Assembly (NCBI GenBank): GCA_964234715.1
Contig: OZ174282.1
Source of the DNA: Podarcis melisellensis
Lineage: Eukaryota
Strand: one strand, 5' to 3'
DNA length: 64,000 bases
Shown here: positions 26,424-44,703 of the stretch, one piece after another
Layout of the letters: each line of letters begins with the position of its first letter
How positions within the stretch are numbered: the stretch's first letter is position 1
The notes under the pieces: model-generated
What the model was told of the DNA's origin: nothing
The model's database searches: none
What the model saw: the letters and a program-made list of their open reading frames with translations, nothing else
Translations under genes and position numbers: made by a program

Positions 26424-27368
26424 ATGTCTGTGCCATCACCCCTGAGGGTGCTGCCCAGCCCCCCGAATGCCACTGCAGGCATTCCCGTGAGCAACCAGAC
26501 CAATGAGACATTCTGCACAAGCAGCCAGCAGGTAGTGATCCCTGGCGAACTCTTCCTGACCCTGGGGATCCTGAGCTTTGTGGAGAACTTGTTAGTGGTG
26601 GCCGCCATTGTCAAAAACCGGAACCTGCATTCGCCCATGTACTATTTCATCTGCTGCCTGGCTGTGTCAGACATGCTGGTGAGCGTCAGCAACCTAGTGG
26701 AGACCCTCTTCATGCTTCTGCTGGAGCATGAGATGATGGTTGTGCAGCCCACCACCGTGATGCACCTGGATAACGCCATGGACATGCTGATCTGCAGCTC
26801 CCTGATGTCCTCGCTCTCCTTCCTCGGCGTCATCGCCATTGACCGCTACATCACCATCTTCTACGCCTTGCGGTATCACAGCATCATGACCATCCAGAGG
26901 GCCGTCACCATCATCGTGGTTGTCTGGGTGGTCAGCAGCATCTCCAGCACCATCTTCATTGCCTATGATGGCAAGGCGGTCATCCTCTGCCTGGTCATCT
27001 TCTTCCTCTCCATGATCACCCTGATCATGGGCCTCTACATCCACATGTTCAGCCTGGCTCACCAACACGCCCGCAGGATCTCCAGCCTGCAAAGGAAGCA
27101 GTCAGCGCCCCACTTCACTAGCATGAGAGGGGCCATCACCCTCACCATCCTGCTAGGGGTCTTCTTCATCTGCTGGGGCCCCTTCTTCCTTCACCTGATC
27201 CTCATCCTCACCTGCCCCGAGAAGCCCGCCTGCAACTGCTACTTCAGATACTTCAACCTCTATCTCATCCTCCTCATTTGCAACTCTGTGGTGGACCCCA
27301 TAATTTACGCCTTCCGGAGCCAGGAGCTCAGGAGGACTTTGAAAGAGGTGGTCTTATGCTTTTGGTAA
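26424..27368 (+). CDS. MC1R: Melanocortin 1 receptor, 314 aa, intronless CDS
   Basis: GCCACCATG Kozak; 7-TM class A GPCR with melanocortin hallmarks [22 protein letters not shown](140-142), [14 protein letters not shown]-terminal LCFW; acidic ligand residues E93/D116/D120; N-glycosylation sequons N15, N24, N27; syntenic between TCF25 and TUBB3. Confidence 0.98.
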   Translation: MSVPSPLRVLPSPPNATAGIPVSNQTNETFCTSSQQVVIPGELFLTLGILSFVENLLVVAAIVKNRNLHSPMYYFICCLAVSDMLVSVSNLVETLFMLLLEHEMMVVQPTTVMHLDNAMDMLICSSLMSSLSFLGVIAIDRYITIFYALRYHSIMTIQRAVTIIVVVWVVSSISSTIFIAYDGKAVILCLVIFFLSMITLIMGLYIHMFSLAHQHARRISSLQRKQSAPHFTSMRGAITLTILLGVFFICWGPFFLHLILILTCPEKPACNCYFRYFNLYLILLICNSVVDPIIYAFRSQELRRTLKEVVLCFW

Positions 27369-27467
27369 GGAGCAGGCGGCAGTGGGGGTCTGAGGGTGCA
27401 AGTAGCCACTGGGGCTCTCCTGCCCTCCCCAGAGGCAGCAGAGGCAGCCACTTTGCAATTGGGAGCT

Positions 27468-27486
27468 CAGCGCCCCCTGGTGGCAC
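27468..27486 (-). promoter_or_regulatory. CTCF-binding motif in the MC1R 3'UTR
   Basis: Minus strand GTGCCACCAGGGGGCGCTG; the 15-bp core CCACCAGGGGGCGCT equals the CTCF consensus core. Confidence 0.7.
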
Positions 27487-27570
27487 TGGGGATGGGCAAG
27501 CAGAGGAAGCCTCTGGGAGGAGGTACCAGGCAGCGTTTGCCACATCCCACGGCCAGAAGGAGGAAACAAA

Positions 27571-27595
27571 GTGTGTGTGTGTGTGTGTGTGTGTG
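27571..27595. repeat. (GT)12 microsatellite in the MC1R 3' region
   Basis: Seen directly. Confidence 0.95.
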
Positions 27596-27822
27596 CGTGC
27601 GTGCAGTGGGGAGGGACGTTCTTTTGCTTCCTGACTGCCTTCAGCCTAGAGGCATGGCTGAGATGTTGTATAACTCTGCTATTTCCTTGCTAGTGATCTA
27701 GGGAAACCATTCGTTCTTCCTCTGTGAGCGCTCCAGGGCGTTCCCATCAAGGTGTGCAGAGCAGAGGGTGAGGATGACAATGGCAGGTGCAGCAACATTT
27801 TCCCAATGCAGAAGAAGGAAAA

Positions 27823-27850
<28 letters not shown>
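27823..27850. repeat. (GT)14 microsatellite in the MC1R 3' region
   Basis: Seen directly. Confidence 0.95.
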
Positions 27851-27853
<3 letters not shown>

Positions 27854-28116
27854 TGGCTGTGTACACACTCCCAATTGCGCTGCATCCAGTGCACAACAAC
27901 CTTTGGTTTGGGAAGTGGCATACAAGTGATGTTAACCACAACCAATATTGATCCTCTCCTTTCTGAGGAAATGCTGTGTTTTGATGCATTCCCCACCCCG
28001 CCCCCCAAACCAGCTCCGATTTGACTTGTGTAAAGATACGGCCGCACTGTGTTTTAAGCCAGTAATGTGTGCACAGCCTAAATATGTGTTTTGTATGTCA
28101 AGGAGCTTTGCAGGGT

Positions 28117-28122
28117 AATAAA
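28117..28122 (+). terminator. Candidate MC1R polyadenylation signal
   Basis: First AATAAA I found after the MC1R stop (~750 nt downstream); G11 run at 28197-28207. Confidence 0.6.
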
Positions 28123-28558
28123 GAGGAATGTTTCAGAGTATGTGTGCCCCTTGTGAACTGAGCAACTGCAGGAGGGCTCTACCTGTCTAGGAGTACGGGG
28201 GGGGGGGTGTCCAGTTTAGAGATGTGGACATCTTTTCCTAAAGCCATTTCAGCACTGGAAGGAAACACCCTAAAATTTCAGATGCTGCAAATATGTCCCC
28301 CTGCATTCTCATAAGACCCGACTGGCAGCCTCTGACTGTGTTTCAGAGGACTTCCCTCCCTCCGTCTTCTGACTTCATGTTTGCAGTCTCTACAAATCAA
28401 TGCAACTCAATAAGTTGCAAAATGGTGCCTCTGCCCATATCTCAACCCTTTGTCCAGAATTCTTACAACATTGTCCTTTCACTGAAAAATAGGCCTGAGT
28501 GATGCTCTGTGCTTATGTGAGATTATCTTTCTGAGTGGATCTCTGATTCCCTTACCTG

Positions 28559-28698
28559 TTTCAGTGTATCTGAAGAAGTGTGCATGCACACGAAAGCTCA
28601 TACCAAGAACTAACTTAGTTGGTCTTTAAGGTGCTACTGGAAGGAAAAATTTTGTTTGTTTTGACTATGGCAGACCAACACGGCTACCTATCTGTAAC
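28559..28698 (+). mobile_element. Penelope-like element terminal fragment (copy 1)
   Basis: TCTGAAGAAGTGTGCATGCACACGAAAGCTCATACCAAGAAC...TTAGTTGGTCT.TAAGGTGCTACTGGA...CAGACCAA.ACGGCTACCTA; second copy at 60279-60427; flanked by 11-bp direct repeat TCCCTTACCTG (28548-28558 / 28699-28709). Confidence 0.7.
28566..28603 (+). ncRNA. Minimal type I hammerhead ribozyme motif (Penelope-type)
   Basis: Stem I GTAT(28566-69)/ATAC(28600-03); core CTGAAGA(28570-76) plus one extra A; stem II GTGTG-CATG-CACAC(28578-91); GAAA(28592-95); palindromic AGCT mini-stem III; predicted cleavage after CUC (C28599). Confidence 0.7.
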
Positions 28699-31600
28699 TC
28701 CCTTACCTGAGTGGATCTCTGCTTGTTCCGGTTTCCATGTCCTGCAATAGGTGGTTGTAGCATCCCTTACCTGGTGGCTGGGCTACCTTGGGCCAAGCCT
28801 GGAGGAAGCATCAGGGACTCACAATCCTATCTAAATTACTGGTAGTTCCTTTTCAGAACATGCTAATTAAAGTAGGAGTCAGTCTTCAGATTCATGGTGC
28901 CCAAAGCACAGGAGCCTCCTAGTGTTGCATCATATGTCACAGATGGGAGTTGCCTGTAAGGAACCTCACACACATATCCCTGTCCGGTCCTGTGCCATAG
29001 GGATGCTTCCATGCAAAACAAGACAAGCCATAGCTCATTCCAGGCATCACCCCTAGTAGATAGGACAGTAGCATAGCCCTCCTAAAGAAATGACTCTAAA
29101 TCCAGAAAAGAGCCTTGCTATTTACATCCAGAGCTTTACCAACTGGGCAAACTCTTATTCCGTGCCACATAATAACAAACTTCAGTGGCATTGCCGATTT
29201 TGATCTTAAGGTTTGCTCTTAAAAGCATATTGTAGGTCTGAGCTGAGGTTCTTTCCTAAGATAGCAGGAGCAAACTCCTAAAAGCACAAGGAGAGCCCTG
29301 CTGGGAACCCAACAGGCCCTGTATTCTAACATCCTGCCTCCCATAGTGGCCAACCAGATGGCAATGACTTTATGCGCAGGGAGGCTACACATAGCCTCCG
29401 TTGGCTAGCAGCTGTTGGTCAGACTTCCCTCCCTTCAGGAATGTGTATTCTGAAGTATGCACAGGTGTACCTAGGGGTTGGTGAAACTGGCTCCCTCTGG
29501 GGCACAGGCCTGGGCAGGTGCACAAAAATCACCTATCTGGCTATGGAGTGTATGACATGCATGTGTGTGGTGAACCAACACCGTTGTTACAGTGAGATCA
29601 AACATGGGAGAAGCTTCCCATCCTTCTCACACCATGGCACAAAAGTGTGCAGTGAAGTGATGGGGGTGGCATCAATACAGCTCCTTGCCAAGGGTGCAAG
29701 GGACCCTACAAATGCCTCTGGGAGCATGCCCCCCAGAAGTGGGTGACCAGGAAATCCAAGTCCGATGAAGGACAGTTGTCTCCCATTCACATGAAGGGCT
29801 GTCGCACACAGAAGATAGTTCTTCTCTGTTGCTCCAGAATCAGTGGCTGGAAAAGGCAGAAAAGTAGACTTCAATGAAACATGAAGAAGGCCTTCCAGAT
29901 AGTGGCAGCTGTTCAGCAGTGGTTTGGGAGCTGGTGGGTTCTTCTTCACTCAAGAGGAGGTTGAGCAGCCATCTCACAGGGTTGTTGTAATTATATTCTG
30001 CATTGCAGGCCCCGTAGGGCAGGAGCAGGAGGTGGGGCTAAGCAGCCTTCAAAGTCCTATCTGATGCTGTGATTCTAAAAGCATCTGAGCCAAGAGTTCC
30101 CAAACTGGTTTACGGCATTTCTGTGGATTTGTGGTTAAAGGCAAGAGACAGCACATCTATTGCATAAAAGATTCATACTGCATTTTAAGTGCTTCTTTTG
30201 TTTATTATATTGAATTACAATTTGAATTCAGTGGAATACAAAGATGTGATTTAAAAATGCAATTAAAAATCACACAGCATCTAGTACAGCACAACACAAT
30301 TGCTTCAACAGACAGACAACACCATTAACCATTTTCTGAGGGCCTGAGTGGTTTGGGAACCATTGCGCTAAGCCACATTGTGCAGAATACAAATCATGGG
30401 TCAGGATGAGGGAGACAGGAGGAGAGATGAATGGCTTGTTAGAAGGTGTATTCCGGAGAGCATAACAACTCACTTGCAACACTGTATAAGAAGCAAGTTC
30501 AGTGGGTATTTTTTGTGGGGTGTTGTCTTTCTCATATGCACCAACTGTGTGCATTCTCAGACACAAACACACAAATACAGAATGCTGGGGAGAAGCACAC
30601 AGCACTTTTATTCCACCTTCTTATTATCTGATACACAATATTTTGTAGGTTTTTGTGGTGCATGTGGCATAAATGTTCAGCTAGCAGCTTCCGTGTGGGA
30701 GTGGAAGTTGCGAGGGGGCTGGAACTATTTCTAAGAAGTGAGAGCTCCATCTGACCAGGGGCTTTTGTTTTGTTTGAGCTCTGCCACAATGAGTCATGCC
30801 TATGGGGGGGGGGATTGGGTTCTACTCCCAGCCATTCAGCAGTCTGACTAGTCTCTGACACGCCACTCCCCCTGGGAGGGAAGAGGGCCTCATTTCCCTC
30901 CTGTCTCCTGTCAGTGGGCTGCAGCTGAGGCACCAGAACAAAATCACAGGGTCCTTTGCATGTCCACCTCTGCCTCACATGCCTACCCATTGCCCATGCA
31001 CACCTGATGTATCATGCATATGGAGCATCCCTTGGCAATGGCATAAAAATTCCATGTGCAAGTCTGTCACTCATGAGGCAGGCTGGCAATCCAGAGCATC
31101 CCTTCTACCCCTCCCTCCATTCACAAGCTCCTGAGCAGCAGACACATACATGTTCTGTGGCACTCCCTCCCCCCACCCCTTGTTATGCAGCAGCCTGGTT
31201 GTTCTGGAATGTGCGCACCATCTATTGCCTGGAGGTGGCACTGGTGTTTGCTGCCTTTGCCCTTCAGGTCCTCTTGGGCAAACGTCCTGAGCTGGTTCTA
31301 TGTCCCCATCCAGGGAAACACCATTGCTCAGTGGTAGAGGACCTCCTCTCCCCTGTTCAATCTCTGGTGTCTTAAGGTAAGGCTGGGAATGTCTCCTGCC
31401 TAAAACCCTGGAAAGCTGCTGTCAGTCAGTGAGACAGTACTAAGCTGGCAATCATCTGATGCAGCATAAGGCAGCTTCATATTATTCCGGCAGGGTGGCT
31501 AACCTTTTTGTTAGGGAAGGACCTAAGTTCAGTGCTAAAATAACAGCAGCTTTGCATGCAGAAATGCCTGGGTTCAAGTATGGCTGAGAAAAGACTCCTA

Positions 31601-32139
31601 CCTGAAATCTTGATGAGCTGCTGCTGCCTGTTGGTGCAGACAATACTAAGGCTAGATGGTTTTCGATGTACCCATTCCTTGCCAAGGCAGGTGCTTTACC
31701 TGAGAAAGAGGGTGAACTAGCTGTTTGCCCACTGCACAGTCACACTCGCTCTTGAGTTCCTTTGTCTCTGTCCAAGGCCAGATGTGATTCTCCTTCAGGC
31801 GAGCCCTTTCTCCAAGCTCTGTCATCTCTGATTACTGCTCCCTGCTGCTCACTTTGCAAAAAAAGAAAGACCTCTTTCTGGGCAAGGCTACTCCCTAGGG
31901 CAGCGGCCACATCCACCATTCTGGGAATTCAGCTGCTGTGGGGAATGATCTCAGAGTGCTTTTCCTTGCTAGCAACTTGGCTGCATTTTACTGCCACTCC
32001 AGATGTAGGAGGGACTGCGCAGGCAGGAAGCCTGGCAGAGAGGCTGGCATGGGATGACCATGAACAGGCCCTGAAGAATAAGCGGAGAAGGGCTTAGAAG
32101 CCAGCAGAATTTATCCTAACCTGCAGCTAGAAATGTTTT

Positions 32140-32745
32140 CATAGAATCATAGTTAGAAGGGGTCCTGAGAGTCATCTCTTCCAACCCCCTGCAATGCAGG
32201 GATCTCAACTAAAGCACCCATGCCAGATGGCCATCCAAGCTCTGCCTAAAAATCTCCAAGGAAGGAGAGTCCACCAAGCAATGCTGGATTACCACATAGG
32301 CAGAGAAGGGACCCATGCCTTTTAGGGGCCCAATGACAACAGGTAAAATAATATTGATTTGATCTTGAAAGAAAATTACAATCAGGACTTCTTAGTTCAA
32401 TGCTATCCCACTAGAGCAGGCGTGGTGGGGAGATTTCGACAGCCTAGGGGCCTCCACAGGATTTAATCCGGCACTGCTTCCAAAGGAGTCTGTTCTCTTA
32501 GTACCATCAGAAAGTTCTTCCTGATGTTTAGTTGGATATTGGAATATCCTTTCTTGTATCTTGAAGCCATTGGTTCCGGTCCTACCCTCTGGAGCTGGAG
32601 AAAACAACCTGGCTCCATCCTCCATGTGACAGCCCTTTAGATATTTGAAGATGGCTATCATATCTCTTCTCAGTTTCCTCTTTAGCAGGTTAAACATACC
32701 CAGCTCCCTCAATTGTTCCTCATGAGGCTCGGTTTCCTGACCCTT
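32140..32745 (-). mobile_element. CR1 LINE 3' fragment including the ORF2 C-terminus
   Basis: ORF 32392-32712(-) RELGMFNLLKRKLRRDMIAIFKYLKGCHMEDGARLFS...RTGTNGFKIQE is the characteristic CR1 ORF2 tail; ATTCTATG-type terminal repeat at 32140-32152. Confidence 0.88.
32279..32476. mobile_element. hAT-type MITE nested in the CR1 fragment
   Basis: Termini CAATGCTGGATTA ... TAATCCGGCACTG (11/13 TIR, same TIR family as 33439-33770); CR1 sequence resumes on both sides. Confidence 0.65.
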
Positions 32746-33438
32746 TGTGCATTAGGTGGAAAACTTGTCTCATGGGAACTATTTGTGTGTGTGCAGTTTG
32801 AGAATAAGGGATTATCAGTAAGGAGCTAGATTGTTCTTTGAAAAAGAAATAAATGAGATTTCTCCCTCCTCCCTGGACCCTGTCTCTTCCTGCTTTCTGA
32901 AAGAATAATTCTGGGGTGGAGATGCTTGTGGATTGGGAGGGCCGTCAATACAGATGGGAAGCCTAGACCAGACACTGGGGGGCGCTGGTATCCAGCAACA
33001 AGAAAGAGAGAAGCAGCTTTGCCTTGGTGGACAGCAAAAGTTAACCCTGAGCCAGCCAGGATCCAAGCCCTGCCTGTGACATGTTGCCAGTGACAGAGCC
33101 CACGTGAAATCCTCTCAAAGAAGCGTTAGGTGCCCTTGAGCACGTACAGAGTCCTGCCAAGAGTTCCCAGCCAAGCACCCGGCATCCCTCTGTGATTTAA
33201 GGGCTGGGCTTGCAGATAGGAAGATATCATCAGGCCTAGGCTGGCTGCTGGTGATCAGCCCCCTCTCCTTGTATTATACTGGCTACGGGAGCGGGGAGGA
33301 TGCTGAACCATTGCGAGGCCAATTGTCGACCTCCCTGTTTCCAGCACCAGCATATTTCTTGAGCAGGGTAAATGAGTGAGTGAATGTGGGCCTTTCCGCC
33401 TTCAGTTGTATACAGGTGAAGCAGACCTTGGTGGGGGA

Positions 33439-33770
33439 CAGGGCCGGATTTAGGTTTGATGAGGTCCTAAGCTACTGAATGTAATGCGGCCCTTTATATG
33501 TCCAGCTGTCCTTTGTCAACAACAAATTGCCACAGTTTTTTGTGTTGAATATATGCTATATGCAGGGCCCATTACTTACATCATAGGAGCCTACACAACA
33601 CAAACACTGTTGCTGTATGTAGGTTTTATTTTATTATATTTCTTTTTTATCTTATATTTTGGAAATGTACATCCAGGTGTTTTTTTCTTTAGTTTTTTGG
33701 GGGGCCCCCAAGAGAGTGGGGCGGGGCCCTAAGCTATAGCTTGTTTAGCTTATATCTAAATCCGGCACTG
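33439..33770. mobile_element. Non-autonomous hAT DNA transposon (MITE), 332 bp
   Basis: TIRs CAGGGCCGGATTTAG / CTAAATCCGGCACTG (14/15); perfect 8-bp TSD GTGGGGGA at 33431-33438 and 33771-33778. Confidence 0.9.
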
Positions 33771-35317
33771 GTGGGGGAGCTAGGAGAGCGTTGCCTCGAA
33801 GGGACCCACCCGTTCCCCTGGCAAGGAGCTCCTGCTTTTTGCAGCCTGCTGTTCTTCCTGCTGCGGTTCTCGCCTGTCAGAGAGGGGGCAGCCTTTCCTC
33901 CCCCCCTCCCCACTTAGGGAAGAGGTCAGCAGTCTCCCTCCACAGGCCTTTGTTCTCCCCCAGGAATTGCAACGACAACCCAGACACAAAGGAGGGCGTA
34001 GGGGGAAAATGACAGGAAACAGATCTGTGGGGCCCCTCCCCATCTCCCCACCCAGGAAAAGGGGGAGAGTAGGGAGAGGCAGCTTCCTGCCCGAGCTGGC
34101 TGAACAAAGGGGAGGCGGGCGGGAAGCCTCCTCGCTCTCTCCTCCTGCGCACCTGGGACCACGAAGGGGCTTTTGTTCTGCCGACTTTCCTCACCACCAC
34201 CCGCATCATCTCCCCCCACTTAGGCGATGGTCCATCGCCCGTAGCCGCCCTTGTTCCCGGTAGGATGGCCTTCAGTTGCCCCTTGCAAATTGCAAGCAGC
34301 CGAGGAAGAGAGACCCACGACGAGGCCCCACCCAGCGGGCAGGGGCGGGCTGGGCACTGCTGAGTCAGGGGGGTTCGCCCAGCTGGCAGTTAGTCAGCAG
34401 CAGGAGAGCACAGAGGCTGCGGGCAAAGAGTTGGCCAAGCGGCGAAAGGTTCGAAGGAAGCGCCCGTCATCAGAGCCTCTAGGCGGCTCACCGGAAGGAA
34501 ACACGCGTGTTCAAAACCGATTGTTAAAAGCACCCCAACCTCAGCAAAATACACACAGCTTCAATGCAGGATGGCCCCTCTAATATATGTCTTCAAAGGG
34601 CTGGGTGGGCGGTCGTGATATCAAGAGAAGCGGAGAAGCCCCCAGTCACAAAGCAGAGCGCTGCTGTCTGGCTGGGGAATAAGGAAAGAGGCGCGCCAAG
34701 GAAGGATGCTTTGGCGACCCCGTCCGAGGTCATCAAAGGCAAATCCAGGACTGGGGCGAGGCTGAAACTTGAGACCTGATAACAAAGATGCCCCCCACCC
34801 AAGAGACATCCCAGGAAAGTGGCTGTCCCCCTCACGCACCCCCAGGTACCGCAGCGGCCCACCCGCCCACTCTGGGATGTGAACCTCCAAGTCGCTTCAG
34901 GCAACAGCCTGCGATGCCTCCTGCATCAGCCGCCTCCCCTGGGCCTTTTCTTTTGCACGGGCCTTTTCCTCGATCCCGGCTTGCGGGCGAGGCGGGGCGG
35001 AGGGAGCGCGGGCCTTTCCCTGCCCCAGCCTGGCCGCCCGCTTTGTGCCAGGCAGCGCGGCTCTGGCCGGCGCCGAGGGATGCGCTGCTGGTGCTGATGC
35101 TGCAGGGATGTTGCAGTATTTTGCGGCGGCGCCTCCTGATTGGCCGCGGCGTCGGCGCTGACGTCAGCGCCCCGGCCTGGGTGCAGCGGGAGGCGCCTAT
35201 AAAACCCGCCGGCAGCAGCCTGGACGCCTCCGCCAGCCGCTCCGCCAGCTGCAGCCGCCGCCCACCCACCCGCCTGCCTGCCCGCAGCCGCCCCCCCGTA
35301 GCACCAGCCGCAGCAGC

Positions 35318-42937
<7,620 letters not shown>

Positions 42938-43283
42938 AGGGCTGGGGCCACAGGCAATGCTTGGGTTCCTCCCAGTGAGGGCCAGGCAGTGACATGGGCC
43001 TGTCGTTCATCGCCGTCCATCTTTGCTACTCATTTGCTGAGTTGTAGACAACCAGCTTCTAGTTGCTTCTGATTCAAGGGTTCCAAAACTTAAAAGCTGT
43101 TCAGTATTTAACCCCCTTCCTCCTCCTCCTCCTCCTCCCCCCCCTCCGCCCTATATTCCCTCTCCTTTACCCCCAAGTCTTATAAGTTAGTGCAGCTCCC
43201 TCTGTCCATGACTTTGATAACTTCAAGGGCCCTGGTCTTTATTTTTTACTGGTCTGTGTCTATTTTTATGTTTTGGAATACTT

Positions 43284-43289
43284 AATAAA
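43284..43289 (+). terminator. TUBB3 polyadenylation signal
   Basis: AATAAA ~350 nt after the stop, preceded by a U-rich tract. Confidence 0.75.
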
Positions 43290-44703
43290 TCTATTGCTGT
43301 CCAGTATCTCGGGTGTCCCCTTTCTCTCATTTGGGATAGGGGAGCATGTTGGTGAAGTGGGGAGGGGTTGGAGTGCTGGGTAAAGGAACTGAATGAATGT
43401 TGTGGTGTGGCACAACCACTCCCTTGGAGAGTGTTGGTGTGTGTCTGTCTAGTGCAGCCTTCCACAAGCTGGTGTCTTCCTGCTGCTTTGGACTACACCT
43501 TCCCTCAGCCCCAACTAGCACAGTCACGGGTCAGGGGTGATGTGGGTTGGAATACAAAACATCTAGAGGGCACCAGATTGAAGAACACTGGACTAGAAGG
43601 CAAACACCAGCTGGAAGTCAATCACACACAGTGTTGCTTGGCAACTGAGGGCAAGCATCAAGGTCCAGGCTTGGCTTTTCAACTATCCACCTTGCCGTGT
43701 TTCCAACCAGAGAAATTCAGCAATTGCACTTAGGGTGGTCACTTTAAAAACACACACACCCCAACTACTTTAGACAATTTCATGCAGGCCAATCAGTGGT
43801 TACTAATGAAAACAGCTTCATATTCAAAGAGGGGGTGCACTTTGGGATAGAAATTCAGGCCTCCCCTCTTATCAGCAGAATGAGTGGGAGGTCCCTTACA
43901 TGCAACAGAACGGCCTTGCCATAATTGGAAAGTAAGTAACACATTCCTCTATGAGCAGGAGGGCCATGAAGTCCAGCATCTAAAATGATCGAACACCACT
44001 GCTATGCTTAGAACAGTTGCCTCCCAGATCCTGGGGTCAAGCTGGGAGGAGCTATGAAATGGTCACTGCTGTAGGAGGTAGCTGCACATCTGGCTCTGCT
44101 TAAGAACTGATTTACTCACAGGACTGGCTTCAGCACATGGTGAGCCTATGGCCAAGAACTCCCCTCTCACCTGAATGTGCTTATATAGGCCATAAGTTGT
44201 GCCACAGAATTTGTGGGACTGGGTCAAGAGAGAGACAATGTGCAGCTTCCCACTTGGGTGGCAGATGGTTAGGAATGAGCACTTGCCTGCGGGTGTTGTG
44301 ACACTGGTGTGACTCCTCTCAATGTGCCCCTCAGTTAGCTGAGCCTCAAGAAATGCCTAGTGAGAAGGCTGGCTCTTGGCAGCAGCTGTGATCTGTGGGG
44401 CGAATCCTAAAGTGAGGATTGGCTCAGTGATGTAGATGGGGCACACCAGATGTCTTCAGGGTGGTGGAACAGCCTATTCTAATGCCCCACCTACATGGCT
44501 GATGGGAATGACACCAGGCAGAATGCAGACCATACCCCAAAAATAGTAAGAGAGAGTTTTGCACTGGAAAGAACACACTCCTGCCTCTAATGACAACTGC
44601 TAAGATTCAAATGTTTGCTGCATCAGTGGACCACCTATGTAACTTACCACAGAATAACCCGAAGCTATGATCACTCTTGGAATCCAGTTGAACCAGCTTT
44701 CAC

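Noticed and set aside
26642-27092. Antisense ORFs within MC1R (and within TUBB3 exon 4)
   Set aside because: Expected shadows of high-GC3 codon usage.
35211-35231. RE1-like sequence at the TUBB3 transcription start
   Set aside because: Only 13/21 match, with both half-sites broken.
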